Assembly (NCBI RefSeq): GCF_009914755.1
Contig: NC_060942.1
DNA: 64,000 nucleotides
Reading direction: 5' to 3' (one strand)
From: the human T2T-CHM13v2.0 reference genome, Homo sapiens
Shown: positions 28,103 to 42,260 of the stretch, piece after piece
Numbering within the stretch: the first letter of the stretch is position 1
How the letters are laid out: the number at the start of each line of letters is the position of its first letter
Program-made: the position numbers and the translations under genes
The notes under the pieces: generated by a model
Databases searched by the model: none
The model's input: only the letters and a program-made list of their open reading frames with translations
What the model was told of the DNA's origin: nothing

Positions 28103-30453
28103 GATTAGGGTAACAAAGAAGGAGGCAAAGAAATGATTCTGGGTGTGTTTGGGAGCCCATAGGACTTGCTGATGAACGTGAACGTGAGAGCAAGAGATGC
28201 ATATATTTATGGACCATTTTCATCTAATTAAAATAGCATATGACTCTAATTCTCTTCCTGGTCTGTACATCTTCAGAGTAGAAACCTCTGAGATGTGAGC
28301 TTTCAGTAGAGCCCTCCAGACGCCAAGTGCGTGGATGCTAACTTCAAACTCTCTGTGAAGAAACCCTTTGGTAAGGATTTTAGATGAAATCTTCTCATTG
28401 TCTTTCATTTAAGCTGTGTCTGATTAGACCATCCTTGTCTCTGGGCAACACACTGGATTCTTGCACCACCACCACCTGTTCTCATAATAGCCGATTGCTA
28501 TAAAACCGTGACAGCTGCGTAGGCCCGGGGCCCTTTCACGGTGCTGTAGCCGAGTGCTGGTGCTCCTAATTGCTGGAGAACTTGAGCACAGTTAAACTCT
28601 CTGCTGGTTGCATTTATAGTAAAAATCAGCAAGGAAAACAAATTACACTAAACCTAGGCAGTGTCTCATTTATTGTTCTGCTTATTTTGTTTATAATGTT
28701 CTCTTAAAAAATCCTTGCTTTTAGCTGGAAAGCAGTAGGATTTGGCAGAAACAAGGAGCTTTCCAGCCTCTAACAAGGCTCTCCACTTCGCCTCCTGCTC
28801 TGGCAGGCATTGCTCAGTGATCACTGGAGTGTCTACATCAGTCCCGGCCTTGGCTCAGCATTACAGAGGAGGGCCCTGTCAAATGAAACTCAAACTGTGC
28901 AAAAGTCATCCACAGAGGGCTACGTGTGGAGGCCAATGAACCACCTGGGAAGTTTTTCCAGTAAAACAGACCATGGACGTTGGTAGCTTGGCCCAGGGTA
29001 GGCCACAGTGAAATCTGGTCCATGAGGGACCTAGAGACATTGAAATTACCCCAAGGTGAGTTGCTAAGATTGTAAATCCAAGCTAAATGCACTTGAAATA
29101 AAGAATATATAAAATAAAAGTAAGCCTTCTGAATCTAGTTATTGACTAATTTTAATTACTTACACAAAAGACAACAATTGCTGAGGTACTTCATTGTCTA
29201 TGAGCTAAATGTGCCAAAAAAGAGATGCTTAACAGATGGCAATGTTAAGAAATTCCTGGTTTTAAATCTGTACAGATGTATTAGGTTTGAACAAGCACCA
29301 CATTTTTCTGACCTTTCCAAGCTCTACACATCATAAAATGCCAGCTGATACTCAGGTACTAATTACAAAAACAATGCCACGTACGAAAAAACAGTGTGTG
29401 CAAAAAGCAGTCTTTTCTAATTTCCCAGGAATCTCGATGTTCTTCAACTACGTCTATTACCTTAACTTTACAACATGTGAAATATGGATAATACGTTTTT
29501 GTGGGACTTTTTAATCCTAGAAAAATCCTTCACCTTTATCGGTGCCATTGTGTGTAAGGTTAGATTCTTTAGCTTAATATTCATGTCTGTAAATCCACCA
29601 GCATTAGCAGAAACTCTGAGTACTCTGAACCATCACTGCAGACACCCAATTCTTATGAACCGCCTCTGCGGAATGTTTCCAGTTGGCCTGTCATAATTGA
29701 TGTGGGTAAAGGTAGCCAGCATAAAAAAATTAGAGAGGAATTCAAGTCTTATATAGAAGTTAACCATCAATTATACCTATTACTGGAGAACCGTAACTGT
29801 GTACATATAAAAGTCCAGGAGATGGTCACCATTTATCCTGCCTGGGTACAGAGAGCATTTCTGGAAATCATTATCTTGAAGGCACGAGATAGTAATAAAT
29901 TACCTCTAGTAGTATGGAAACCATTGCAGTGTTAAAAAGACTACAAGACTTGGTCTCATGCACTAAGCTGATTGGCATAAACATGATGGCCCTCTTCTTA
30001 TGGTAAGAGACAGAAATGTATTTCAAACTTCTTGATAACAGAGTACAAGTCAAAATTGTTCTTAGTTCATTGAATGCCATTACAAACTTGGCCATCACAG
30101 GTTCTTTCTCAACTATCTACAAAATATGAATTTTTATGTAGCATTTTGTCTAACATGGAATTAAATTATTTTCAGTTGAATTTGAGAAATTTTTAAGCAA
30201 AACCATTATGGAATCATGATCAAACTTCCTTAGCCACAATCAAGCTGAATGAGAACTTGAAGAATAACCTGGAATAGATAGTTCTAGAAAACAATAATAC
30301 TACTAATAATATAATAACAATGTTAATAATTAACATTGTTATAAAATTACAAACAGATTTTTCATAGCTTATTATGTCATTTCATGGTCATTATTAAAAT
30401 CCAGTTTTGTTGGTCTATTAGTGAGATAATGTTCCATTAATGAGATAATATTC

Positions 30454-30737
30454 TGCTATGGTTTGAGTTTGTCCCACCAAAACTCATGTTAATATGTATC
30501 CCTAATGTGGGATGGCGTTGGAGGTGGGGCCCAGTGGAAGGTGTTTTGGTCATGGGGGTGGATCCCTCATGAATGGCTCGGTGCTGCTCTCTTGGTAGTG
30601 AGTTCTGGTGAGGTTGATTAGTTGTGGTAGGAATAGATTAGTTCCCATGAAAGCAGGTTGTTATAGGGCCAGTATGCCCTTGGGATCAGTCTCTGCATGT
30701 ATCTGGCTCCTCTCTGGCCTTCTCTGCCTTGTAGGAT
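30454..30737 (+). mobile_element. MST (MSTC/D-like) LTR 5' part; its 3' end resumes at about 32051-32124
   Basis: tgctatggtttga...ggtcatgggggtggatccctcatgaat; distal piece ttacccagcctcaggtattcctttatagca.cacaaaatggactaaga. Confidence 0.8.
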
Positions 30738-31066
30738 TGTGTTAGTCTGTTCTCACACTGCTAATAAAGACATACCTGAGACTGGGTAATTTATAAAGGA
30801 AAGAGGTTTAATGAACTCACAGTTCCACATGGCTGGGGAGGCCTCACTATCACGGTGGAAGGCAAAGGAGAGGCAGAGTCACGTTTTACATGGTGGCAGC
30901 CAAGACTGCATGTGCAGGGGAACTCCTTTTTATAAAACCATCAGATCTCATGAGACTTATTCACTATCATGAGAACAGTGTGGGAGAAATCACCCCCACG
31001 ATTCAATTATCTCCACCTGGACCTGCCCTTGACACGTTGGGATTATTACAATTCAAGGTGAGATTT
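30738..31066 (-). mobile_element. THE1 (THE1C-like) LTR lacking its 5' tip
   Basis: tgtgttagtctgttctcacactgctaataaagacatacctgagactgggtaatttataaagg...caattcaaggtgagattt. Confidence 0.9.
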
Positions 31067-31089
31067 TTTTCTTTAATGTTGGTTTTGTC

Positions 31090-32075
<986 letters not shown>

Positions 32076-32152
32076 TTACCCAGCCTCAGGTATTCCTTTA
32101 TAGCAGCACAAAATGGACTAAGAAAATTGTCTTTTAGAGACAACTCGGCATG

Positions 32153-33527
32153 TAGTCATGAGTCATTTAACAACAGGCATAGTCCTGAGAAATGCATTGT
32201 TGTGTGATCTCATCTTTCTGCAAACACCATGGAGTATACTCACACAAGCCTACATGATACAGCCTACTACACATCCAGGCTGTATGGTATAGTCAATTGC
32301 TCCTAGGCTACAAACAGCATGTTACTATACTGAATACTGTAGGCACTTGTAACACAATGGTAAGTACTGGTGTATCTAAACATAGAAAAGGTACAGTAAA
32401 AATATGGTGTAAGAGATAAAAAATGATAGAGCTGTCTAGGGCATTTACCATGAATGAAGCTTGCAGGACTGGAAGTTGCTCTGGGTGGGTCAGTAAGTGA
32501 GGAGTGAGTGAATGTGAAGGCCTAGGACTTTATTATACATTACAGTAGCCTTTAAAAACACTGTACACTTAGGCTACACTAAATGTATTTAAAACAGCTT
32601 TTTTCTTCAATACTAAATGCACCTCATTTTTCTATAACTACTTTATACATTCTTTAATTTTTAAAAAACATTTGGCACTTTTGTAATAACATCACTTAAA
32701 ACACAAACATATAGCTGTAAAAATATCTTTTCTTTATATTTTTATCCTATAAGTTTTTTACTATTTTTAATTTTTTTTTTACTTTTAAGCTTTTTTGTTG
32801 AAAGCTAAGACAAATACACACGTTAGCCTAGGCCTACATAGATCAGGATCATCAGTATCACTGTCTTCCACCTCCACAGCTTGTCCCATAGGAAGCTCTT
32901 CAGGGGCGATAACACACATGGAGCTGTCACGACAATGTCTTCTTCCAGACACCTCCTGAGGGACCTGCAGGAGGAGCTTCTTAAGGAGGTATCACTCTTT
33001 TCAGAACTATGTCCATGGCAAACCAACGTATGTTTGCTCCCCTCCTCCTTCCCCCTCCCCTCCCCTCCCCTCCCCTCCTCTTCTCTATGGAGTCTTGCTC
33101 TGTCACCCAGGCTGGAGAACAGTGGTGTGGTCTTGGTTCACTGCAACCTCCGCGTCCCAGGTTCAACCAATTTTCCTGCCTCAGCCTCCTGAGTAGCGGG
33201 GATTACAGGCGTGTGCCACCATGCCGGCTACTTTTGTATTTTTGGTAGAGAAGGGGTTTCACCATGTTGGCCAAGCTGGTCTTGAACTCTTGACCTCAGG
33301 TGATCCACCTGCCTCGGCCTCCTGAAGTGCTGGGATTACAGGCATGAGCTGCGGTGCCCAGACTGTTTCTTTATCATAGATTTGGATGTGCAATACATCG
33401 CACTATGATGTTATAATAGCTACGATGTCACCAGGCCATAGGTTTTCAGCTCTATTGTAATCTTATGGGACCACTGTTGTATGTGTGGTCCATCATTGAC
33501 AAAAAGTCTTTATGGGGAGCATGACAA
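32153..33527 (-). mobile_element. Tigger3 (Tigger3b-like) Tc1/mariner deletion derivative, split by an Alu
   Basis: Degenerate TIRs agtcatg / catgac; gctcctaggctacaaac; tactgaatactgtaggca; cttatgggaccac. Confidence 0.88.
33037..33363 (-). mobile_element. AluS with tail converted to (CCCCT)n
   Basis: Dimer from atggagtcttgctctg to gtgcccagac; the tail position is occupied by cccct repeats. Confidence 0.92.
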
Positions 33528-36430
33528 TTTTGTTTTTAAGTTACTATGCATTAGATAGCAGATCTTTTTGACTCCTGTATAAATTCTTTGGAGGAAAGAC
33601 TTCTAAATATGTATTATTGCATTGTTGTCCTTCGGCACTCAGCAAAATGCTCATGATCATAGGAAAATGACAACTCTTTTGCCGCTCCATTTCCTTATTT
33701 GAAAGAGGAAGAGGTCAAATCAGTGCTCACTCAGCACCCCCAGCCCGTGTCTAAAGCTGGAGAGAGTGTGGTTCTGCCAGGGAGTTGTTAGTTGCTTATC
33801 TGATGAATCACGTTGAGGGAAAGCACGTGGTAATTACACGTTCCATTAGCAACATTAATGCTACTTATATGTCATTACTATCTAATGTTCTCTGTCTCCA
33901 ATCTCTTTGAAATTCTTCACATTTTTAAAAAATTCGGATAAGATGTCATTGTTCTTTTATAATTCTCTACTTGACGAATTCTACTCACAAACATTGACTG
34001 AAAGAGGTCTTAAAAACTGTGCTAGTTTTTCAAATGCCTCTGCAGAAGTGCAGGTTCTCTGCTGACTTTAATTCATTAATGTAATTATAGTTCAGGAAAG
34101 CACAGTGGCTGGGTGATGCCGACGCACTTCTGTTCTGACTTCCGCTGCAGTGCTCCTCTGGACCCTACTCAATCTGCCCACTTTTATCACAGGCTTGCTT
34201 TTTCCAAACAATGATATAGAGTAGTCAGTACAATCAATCATATACAATGGCTTACAGAATTACATACCGTAAAATACATAATATTTTAATAAATTACCAC
34301 AATAGATAATTCGGTATATAAATAATATGCAATAGAATAGCAGCATTCAATAGCACCTGCAATCATACAGTGCATTCTGAATTATCTCAGATGCTAAGAT
34401 TAGAAGTGGCTCTGGCAAGTTAAAAATCCAGTAGCATAAAAATTGGAGTCATCAGTAAGGGGCCACTCAAAAGCCTGATTTGGGGAGGTGGTGGTTGAAA
34501 CTCCCATACAAAATACGAACCCTGTTTATCATTGCATCATGAATCTACTTTTTGGACTCCCTAGGAGTTTTAAATAAAACTCAAATTCCCTGGAGAGAAG
34601 TCTTACCTTCGGTGTCTACTGACTAATCCTAAATGGTCAGGGATTAGGCTCTTGGGTAGTTGACAGCTGAGAGCAAGAACCTGAGAATGACAATGAAGGG
34701 CCTGCTTTTCCTCGCACCCCAGATCCCGCACTCACCCAGGCCTGTGCAACGCGGTAAGGAGGGAAGGAGGCAGAAGGGGAGGCCTGCTGGGGGTGGCAGC
34801 AGGAGTGTCTGCACCTGACACCTGGCTGGGGCGCGCTTTCCCACTGACACTGTAACATCAATGGTGGTTAATTCTGCAGAGCAATTAGAATGAGAGGCCC
34901 TCTCCCATATTAGTTAGGTAGGGCTTGGTCAGATGGGCTTTTAAAGAAATAGTATTATCATCAGCAGTAGTCTGGCCTTAACAGAGAACAGGTGGAAAAC
35001 TCCCCAGGTGCCCCTTCCTCCATTATTTGATATTATCTTAAGTCAGAAGAGCACTAGAGGCTAGATCTGAACAATGTTTCCTCCACCCTGTTCATTGCAG
35101 CTACTGTGGGTTTCTGGCGGCATCTGTGCTTTGAGCCAATTCCAGTCATCTGTGAACAAATGTATAAATTGAGCAGGGTTTATAAAAGGTAGGATTCCCA
35201 GATCTGCCACAGACTCTGAGTTTGTTCTTTTTGGGTTGTTAGAGGAAGAGACAAGGCCCCTGGACTAAGCAGTGACCCTCCTCCTCCCTGGTGCTAAGTG
35301 GATCTCCATGGTGTTGGCTCCCACAAACATGGAAAAGGCTCAGGAAAGCTACTGCGTCTCCAGAGCCTATATGACCAGGACTATGTCTTGTTTGGTGCCT
35401 GTGAGGGACACAGTACAGAGCCCCCAGTCCCCATGGCATTGAGAATTCATTGTCAGAATATCTTATTTAATAATTTCTGAAACTTTTGCCATTCAAATGG
35501 TCTCTGCTCACCCCTGGGTTCTCCTAGACCATCCTAGAAATGCAGAACCCACAGTGAGTGGGTGAATGGGTCCCGGCAGGTGTAGCAAGAAGGGAATATT
35601 GATGAATCTGTTTCCAGGAAAAAGACATTGCAAAATCTAAACAATAAACTTTTCAGCTTAAAAACAACAACAAAAGCTTTTTCCATTTTTGGAGGCTGCC
35701 TATGTATCTAGTTCTGAATTTACAGAAACTCCTAGATGCTTCCATTCCTTTTTACTGCCAAGATACTCATAGGAAGTAAATGAGAAAAAAGTTAAACCTT
35801 GAGGTGTATGCATTGCCTCAAAAGCTTCTACATGAACCCCACTGAGGCTGTGGACACAGGTCTTCACCCACGTCAACTGGACTACATGGTCCTAACGTTC
35901 CTGAGCTACAAACCTGTTTGCTTGTTTCTTATCAAAAAAGAGACAAATATTTTGACGATTTAGTGTTACCAGACAATGCTTGCACTCAGTGTCAGGTTTC
36001 AATAAGGCCCTCGGGATTCACGTGTTTATTATTTCTTGTTTTAGTCACTTAAGAACACTCAAAAGGTTGAAGACATATAGTAACTTGAATATTCCTAAGT
36101 GTTGCGATGCTCTCTGCTGTGCACAGAGCAGGTCCCTGAGCTAATGACGGAGCCTTGCCAATCCCTCGACACCTGTACCCAATGCCTGTCTGCTCTTAGA
36201 TCAACTTCATGTTTATGAATCGGGGAATTCAAGATTCTTCAAGGGAATCACTGGACACTGGAAGTCAAGAATCGCATACAGACACTTCTTAATTGGAAAG
36301 AATTTGAGGGTTTTAGCTTCATCATTTAACACATTGAAGCCAAGAATCCTGACATTTCTGAGTTTTGCCAACATTACATCTGCAGTCAATCACACATTTT
36401 GAAAGCTCTGTGGCATTAAAAAGATGATAC

Positions 36431-36601
36431 TGGGGCCTGTCGTGAGGTGGGGGGAGGGGGGAGGGATAGCATTAGGAGAAATACTTAATGTAAATGACGA
36501 GTTAATGGGTGCAGCACACCAACATGGCACATGGATGCATATGTAAAAAACCTGTATGTTGTGCACATGTACCTTAGAACTTACAGTATAATTAAAAAAA
36601 A
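36431..36601 (+). mobile_element. L1PA4/5-like extreme 3' fragment (about 170 bp)
   Basis: gggatagcattaggaga.atac.taatgtaaatgacgagttaatgggtgcagcacaccaacatggc; poly-A; perfect TSD AAAAAGATGATAC at 36418-36430 and 36602-36614. Confidence 0.95.
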
Positions 36602-37624
36602 AAAAAGATGATACCTTGACATGTTCCTTAATCTGCATGCTCCCCAGACTCATGGCTTATTTCCCATTCAGATAAGAAATTATTATGTTAATTGAGCTGC
36701 TGTATGCTGAGAATGGTACAGAGTTGTGATTTAGTCACTTTTTCATTTTAACTACTTGAGGCTTAAACCATGGCAATGACTTTCTTGCCTCTTCCCAGTG
36801 GCAATCTGGGCAGCTTCACATCTCCCACGTGATGAGAACCAGGGACATCAGTCAACACCCAGACTCTCATCTGCCACTAACAGAGTTTGTCTCCCTGTTC
36901 AATGCTGCCTGGGACCCAGGCACCAGGACTCCCTACCCCTCCGTGGGAGAGGCTCAGGCCAGTACAGCTTCACAACAAGAACATCTGAAACAGGGGCTAC
37001 CCCTCTTTTCCAGGCTTACCTTTAGTAATTTCTGTAAGTTCCCTGTTGAAGTTAATTGCATTTGCAGCGTCTAGTGTCATTCTATGGTATTGCTTGACAT
37101 CCCTCATTATAATCAGCTGTCAGTCTGCAATTCTGTCAGGTTAGTAATGTCTTTGTTGACACAGTCACTTGTTGCTGAACAGTTTGGCCAGTTTTATTAT
37201 TGACGGGATCATAGTTTGAGGCAATAGTAAGAAATCACAAGTTCTTGTTTGAAAAAGTTAAAAAACGTACTAGAAATAATTGTTAGTATTGAAAATCAAA
37301 TAATTACTTTCTACCTAAAGCATGGGTGCGTTTTTCAATACACAATCCATTGTGTCTTCTATTTTTAAAGGGCAGGTGAGAAGTTGTCCTCAGATGATAG
37401 TGAGTAATATATTACAAGCACCGATGCAGAAGTTTCTGTTATGACGTTAGGTCTTTTGGGAAGTTGAGTCTTTCTAGAAACGATTTAAATCACGTGACTT
37501 TGTAGCAGGGCAAAGTTCATGTGACCTCGAAACCCCTGGGCGTGTGCCAGCTCTGTGCAGCTGCCCCCGTGCAGGGGCACATGTGTCCAGCCTGCTATTA
37601 TTACTTCTCTGCTTCCTCAACCAC

Positions 37625-37853
37625 TTTTTTTTTTACATTTTAATTCTTTAATTCTTGTGGGTACATAGTAGGTGTATGCACTTATGGGGTACTTGAGATT
37701 TTTTGATACGGGCATGCAACATGTAATAATCACCTCCCAGAGAATGGGGTGTCCATTCTCTAAGCAGTTATCCTTTGTGTTACAAACAATTCAGTTATAC
37801 TCTTTTAGTTATGTTTAAATGTACAATTAAATTATTATTGACCGGAGTTGACC
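37625..37853 (-). mobile_element. L1MA (L1MA2/3-like) 3' end
   Basis: gtgggtacatagtaggtgtat...tatggggtac.tgagat...tatcctttgtgttacaaacaat. Confidence 0.85.
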
Positions 37854-37916
37854 ACTCTTATTAATTCTGTTACCAAGACAAGTAACTTGGATGTTAAAAG
37901 ACAAATGGAGGCAATA

Positions 37917-38279
<363 letters not shown>

Positions 38280-38537
38280 CTAAGGAAAAATACCCAGAGA
38301 ACCCTTGTTTCCTGGTTCCACGTGACTTGAGATCTACCTTGATTGACAGAGCATCTCCTGGAGCAGCCGGTGAGCTGCAGTGAGTCTGTGTCTTCCTAGG
38401 AGTCCTCTCTATTTTTGCTCCACCTCCCTGCAAACCCCAAGGTCAATGAAAGAGAGTTGAATATAGATTTAAACGTTCTACAAGCATAGGCACACAAATG
38501 CATCCTTTCTCAGTCACCAAAGAAAGACAATAAGCAT

Positions 38538-39161
38538 GTTTTTTATTTTTTTATTGTTTAAGTTCCAGGTTACATGTGCAGGACGTGCAGGTTTATTACA
38601 TAGGTAAATGTGTGCCATGGTGGTTTGCTACACCTATCAACCCATCACCTAGGTATTAAGCCCTGCATGCATTAGCTCTTTTTTCTAATGTTCTCCCCCT
38701 CACCCTCCCCGGACAGGCCCCGGTGTGTGTTGTTCCCCTCCCTGTGTCCATGTGTTCTCATTGTTCAGCTCCCACTTATAAGTGAGAACATGTAGTATCT
38801 GATTTTCTGTTCCTTCATTAGTTTGCTGAGGATGATGGCTTCCAGCTTCCTCCATGTCCCTGCAAAGGACATGATCTCATTTCTTTTTATGGCTGCACAG
38901 TATTCCATAGTACATATGTACCATATTTTCTTTATCCAGTCTATGATTGATGGGCATTTGGGTTGATTCCATGTCTTTGGTATTATGAATAGTGCTGCAA
39001 TGAACATATGCATGCATGTATCTTTATGATAGAATCATTTATATTCCTTTGGGTATATACCCAGTAATGGGATTACTGGGTCAAATGATATTTCCAGTTC
39101 TAAATCTCTGAGGAATCATCACACTGTCTTCCACAATGGTTGAACTAATTTACATTCCCAA
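38538..39161 (-). mobile_element. L1PA8-10-like 3' fragment
   Basis: 3'UTR tacatgtgcaggacgtgcaggttt; ORF 38765-39013 is the ORF2 C-terminus (MFIAALF...WNQPKCPS..DWIKK.WYI.TMEY). Confidence 0.92.
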
Positions 39162-39305
39162 ATTCTTCAATTTTTAAATGCCCTTTCATCAACCGAGTTT
39201 TGCATGGGAAGGCGCTGTGGGACTCACTCTGAAGTGGCCGGTGTGGTGGCTGATGGACATACGAGTTGCCCCGGAGCAGTGCTGGTGCCTGAGTAGCCTC
39301 TTCAC

Positions 39306-39606
39306 TTTTTTTTTTTTTTTTTTTGAGACGGAGTCTCGCTCTGTCGCCCAGGATGGAGTGCGGTGGCGCCATCTTGGCTCACTGCAGGCTCCGCCCCCTG
39401 GGTTCACACCATCATCCTGCCTCAGCCTCCCGAGTAGCTGGGACTACAGGCAGCCGCCACCACGCCCAGCTAATTTTTTGTATTTATAGTAGAGATGGGG
39501 TTTCACCGTGTTAGCCAGGATGGTCTCAATCTCCTGACATTGTGGATCCGCCTGCCTCGGCCTCCCAAAGTGCTGCGGTTACAGGCGTGAGTCACCGCGC
39601 CCGGCC
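39306..39606 (-). mobile_element. AluY, CpG-rich
   Basis: Clean poly-T; Y diagnostics; TSD GCCTCTTCACTTTT at 39296-39309 and 39608-39621. Confidence 0.96.
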
Positions 39607-40140
39607 TGCCTCTTCACTTTTAATGGAGATTAAAATTGACAACAAACATGTAAGTAATTGTTGTCAAGTATGTCCACTTTTGTGCGTAATGCATTCAATT
39701 ATTTTTCTACCAAGATCTCGCAGAAGTGATGCTTGGGGATAGAGACAGCTCGAGGGGGAAGAACTTCAGGGTTCCTGGTGTTTGTTAGTTGTCATTTCAT
39801 TATTCCATGTGATAGGGTGAAAAGGAAGGTAAGGTATGAGCAAACCTGAAAATGGTGAAGGCTGACATTTCACCCTTATAGAAGTCACAAAATAGAATTT
39901 TAACACATGGTGTTGATTTAAAAATTAAACAATCTTCATGCTGAATACACTTAACAGATATATTGTGTGAAACTTGCCAAAGAATGCCAGTCTCATTTGG
40001 GGTCTGCTGTGTATTCCAATAATCATACAATAACACAGACCACCACAGTAACCACCTGCAGACCTTCAAAACGTGGTTCAAATCCCATTACAGTTGTGGC
40101 CTTGTCTCATCTTGAGGCTAAGTCCTGTCCATTTTTAATT

Positions 40141-40437
<297 letters not shown>

Positions 40438-41054
40438 TTCAATTTTTAATTTTCTATGATAAGAAAGAACAGTTAATGCCATTCAATTGTTTTGAAGTGA
40501 TTTTTTGAAAAGCTGACATCAAATGCTCTCCAAGATCTTGCCTGTGTGCTTAGAGATTTATGAGCGTGGTCTCATGTAATCCTTGTGACTAGCCCATCTC
40601 AGCCAGGAGGAGAGTGGTGGCAACTTCCTCCTGTGTCTGAAAGCCTGTTAAATGGGGGAGTTGGATTTGAAAACTTGGGGGAAAGAATGTCAGGGCTGGC
40701 CCCGCCCTGGGTCCGGCAGTGGGGTGTTGGCATGGGCAATCCACTGTGTTTCCTTCCTTAATCAGATCAGCTCAGGGCTAGGCCTGTGGATTGTGAGGAT
40801 GTCGGGAAACCTAGGTGTGACCTGCTCTGCCAGAGGCCGCCTGCCTGTGGAGCCTGTGGGAGCACACGGCCTCCTGACTCAAGGTTTCTAATCCCCTTAT
40901 GAACCACCCTGAAACAGGCCTGAGGTCCTTGACCACACACAGAGATGGTGACGGGCAGGCCAGCCCTCTCACTTCCCATGCATGTAGGTCCCGGCGAGGT
41001 CAGAAAGGTCTGTGCAGGGGGCCCCTGCCCTGTGCTGTGCCCAGCCAATTTCTC

Positions 41055-42095
41055 TATCGGGGGAACCTGCCCCCGACAATTCAACGTTATTTCATGTAGG
41101 TTCTTTTCTATTTCCCTAAGTGTCGGCCAGTCTGAGAAATAAAGGGAAAGAGTACAAAAGAGAGAAAGTTTAAAGCTGGGTGTCTGGGGGAGACATCACA
41201 TATCAGCAGGTTCCGTGATGCCCCCTGAGCCATAAAAACAGCAAGTTTTTATTAGCAGTTTTCAAAGGGGAGGGAGGGTACGAATAGGGTGTGGGTCACA
41301 GAGATCACATGCTTCAAGGGCGACAAAACATCACAAGGCAGGAGGTCGGGGCGAAACTAGAACCACTAATGAACTTCCATGTCCCGCTGTGCACGCGCTG
41401 TCAGGGGTCAAGAGCAGAGAATCAGTCTGACTAGAATTCGCCAGCCTGGAATTTCCTAATTCTAGCAAGTCTGGGGGCGCTGCAGGAGACTAGGGCCTGT
41501 TTCATCCCTAGGTACATCAGCATAAGGCAGACACTCCCAGAGTGGCCATTTTAGAGGCCCCCCTGGGAATGCATTCTTTTCCCAGGGCTGTTAATGATTA
41601 ATATTTCTTACTGGGGAAAGAATTCAGTGATATTTATCTTACCCATTTTCAGTAATAAGAGAAATATGGCTCTGTTCCGCCTGGCCCACAGGCAGCCAGA
41701 CTTTAAGGTTATCTCCCTTGTTCCCTGAACATGGCTGTTATCCTGTTCTTTTTTCAAGGTGCCTAGATTTCATATTGTTTAAACAATTTGTGCAGTTAAC
41801 ACAATCATCACAGGGTCCTGAGGTGACATACATCCTCAGCTTACAAAGATGATGGGATTAAGAGATTAAAGTAAAGACAGGCATAGGAAATCACAAGAGT
41901 ATTGATTGGGGAAGTGATAAATGTCCATGAAATCTTCACAATTTATGTTCAGAGATTGCAGTAAAGACAGGTGTAAGAAATTATAAAAGTATTAATTGGG
42001 GAACTAACAAATGCCCATGAAATCTTCACAATTTATGTTCTTCTGCCATGGCTTCAGCCGGTCCCTCCGTTTGGGGTCCCTGACTTCCCGCAACA
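41055..42095 (-). mobile_element. MER11 solo LTR (HERV-K11/HML-8), full length
   Basis: Minus strand begins TGTTGCGGGAAGTCAGGGACCCCAAACGGAGGGACCGGCTGAAGCCATGGCAGAAGAAC and ends ...GTTCCCCCGATA; 6-bp near-TSD tttctc / cttctc; internal repeat atgaaatcttcacaatttatgttc twice. Confidence 0.93.
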
Positions 42096-42119
42096 CTTCT
42101 CCATGCCATCTTGGGTGGA

Positions 42120-42260
42120 GCACTACCTTTTAGGGCTTGAATGAAGATTGCATGAGGTAACGTGTGTGAAGCATGAGGTAACATGTGTGAAGCATGAGGT
42201 AACGTGTGAAGCATGCCTGGCACAAAGAAGTGCCCGCTAATTGTTAGCCATTATGATTGT
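42120..42260 (+). mobile_element. MIR containing a 21-bp unit amplified about 3 times (42150-42215)
   Basis: gcatgaggtaac(g/a)tgtgtgaa x3, then tgcctggcaca...tgttagccattat. Confidence 0.75.
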
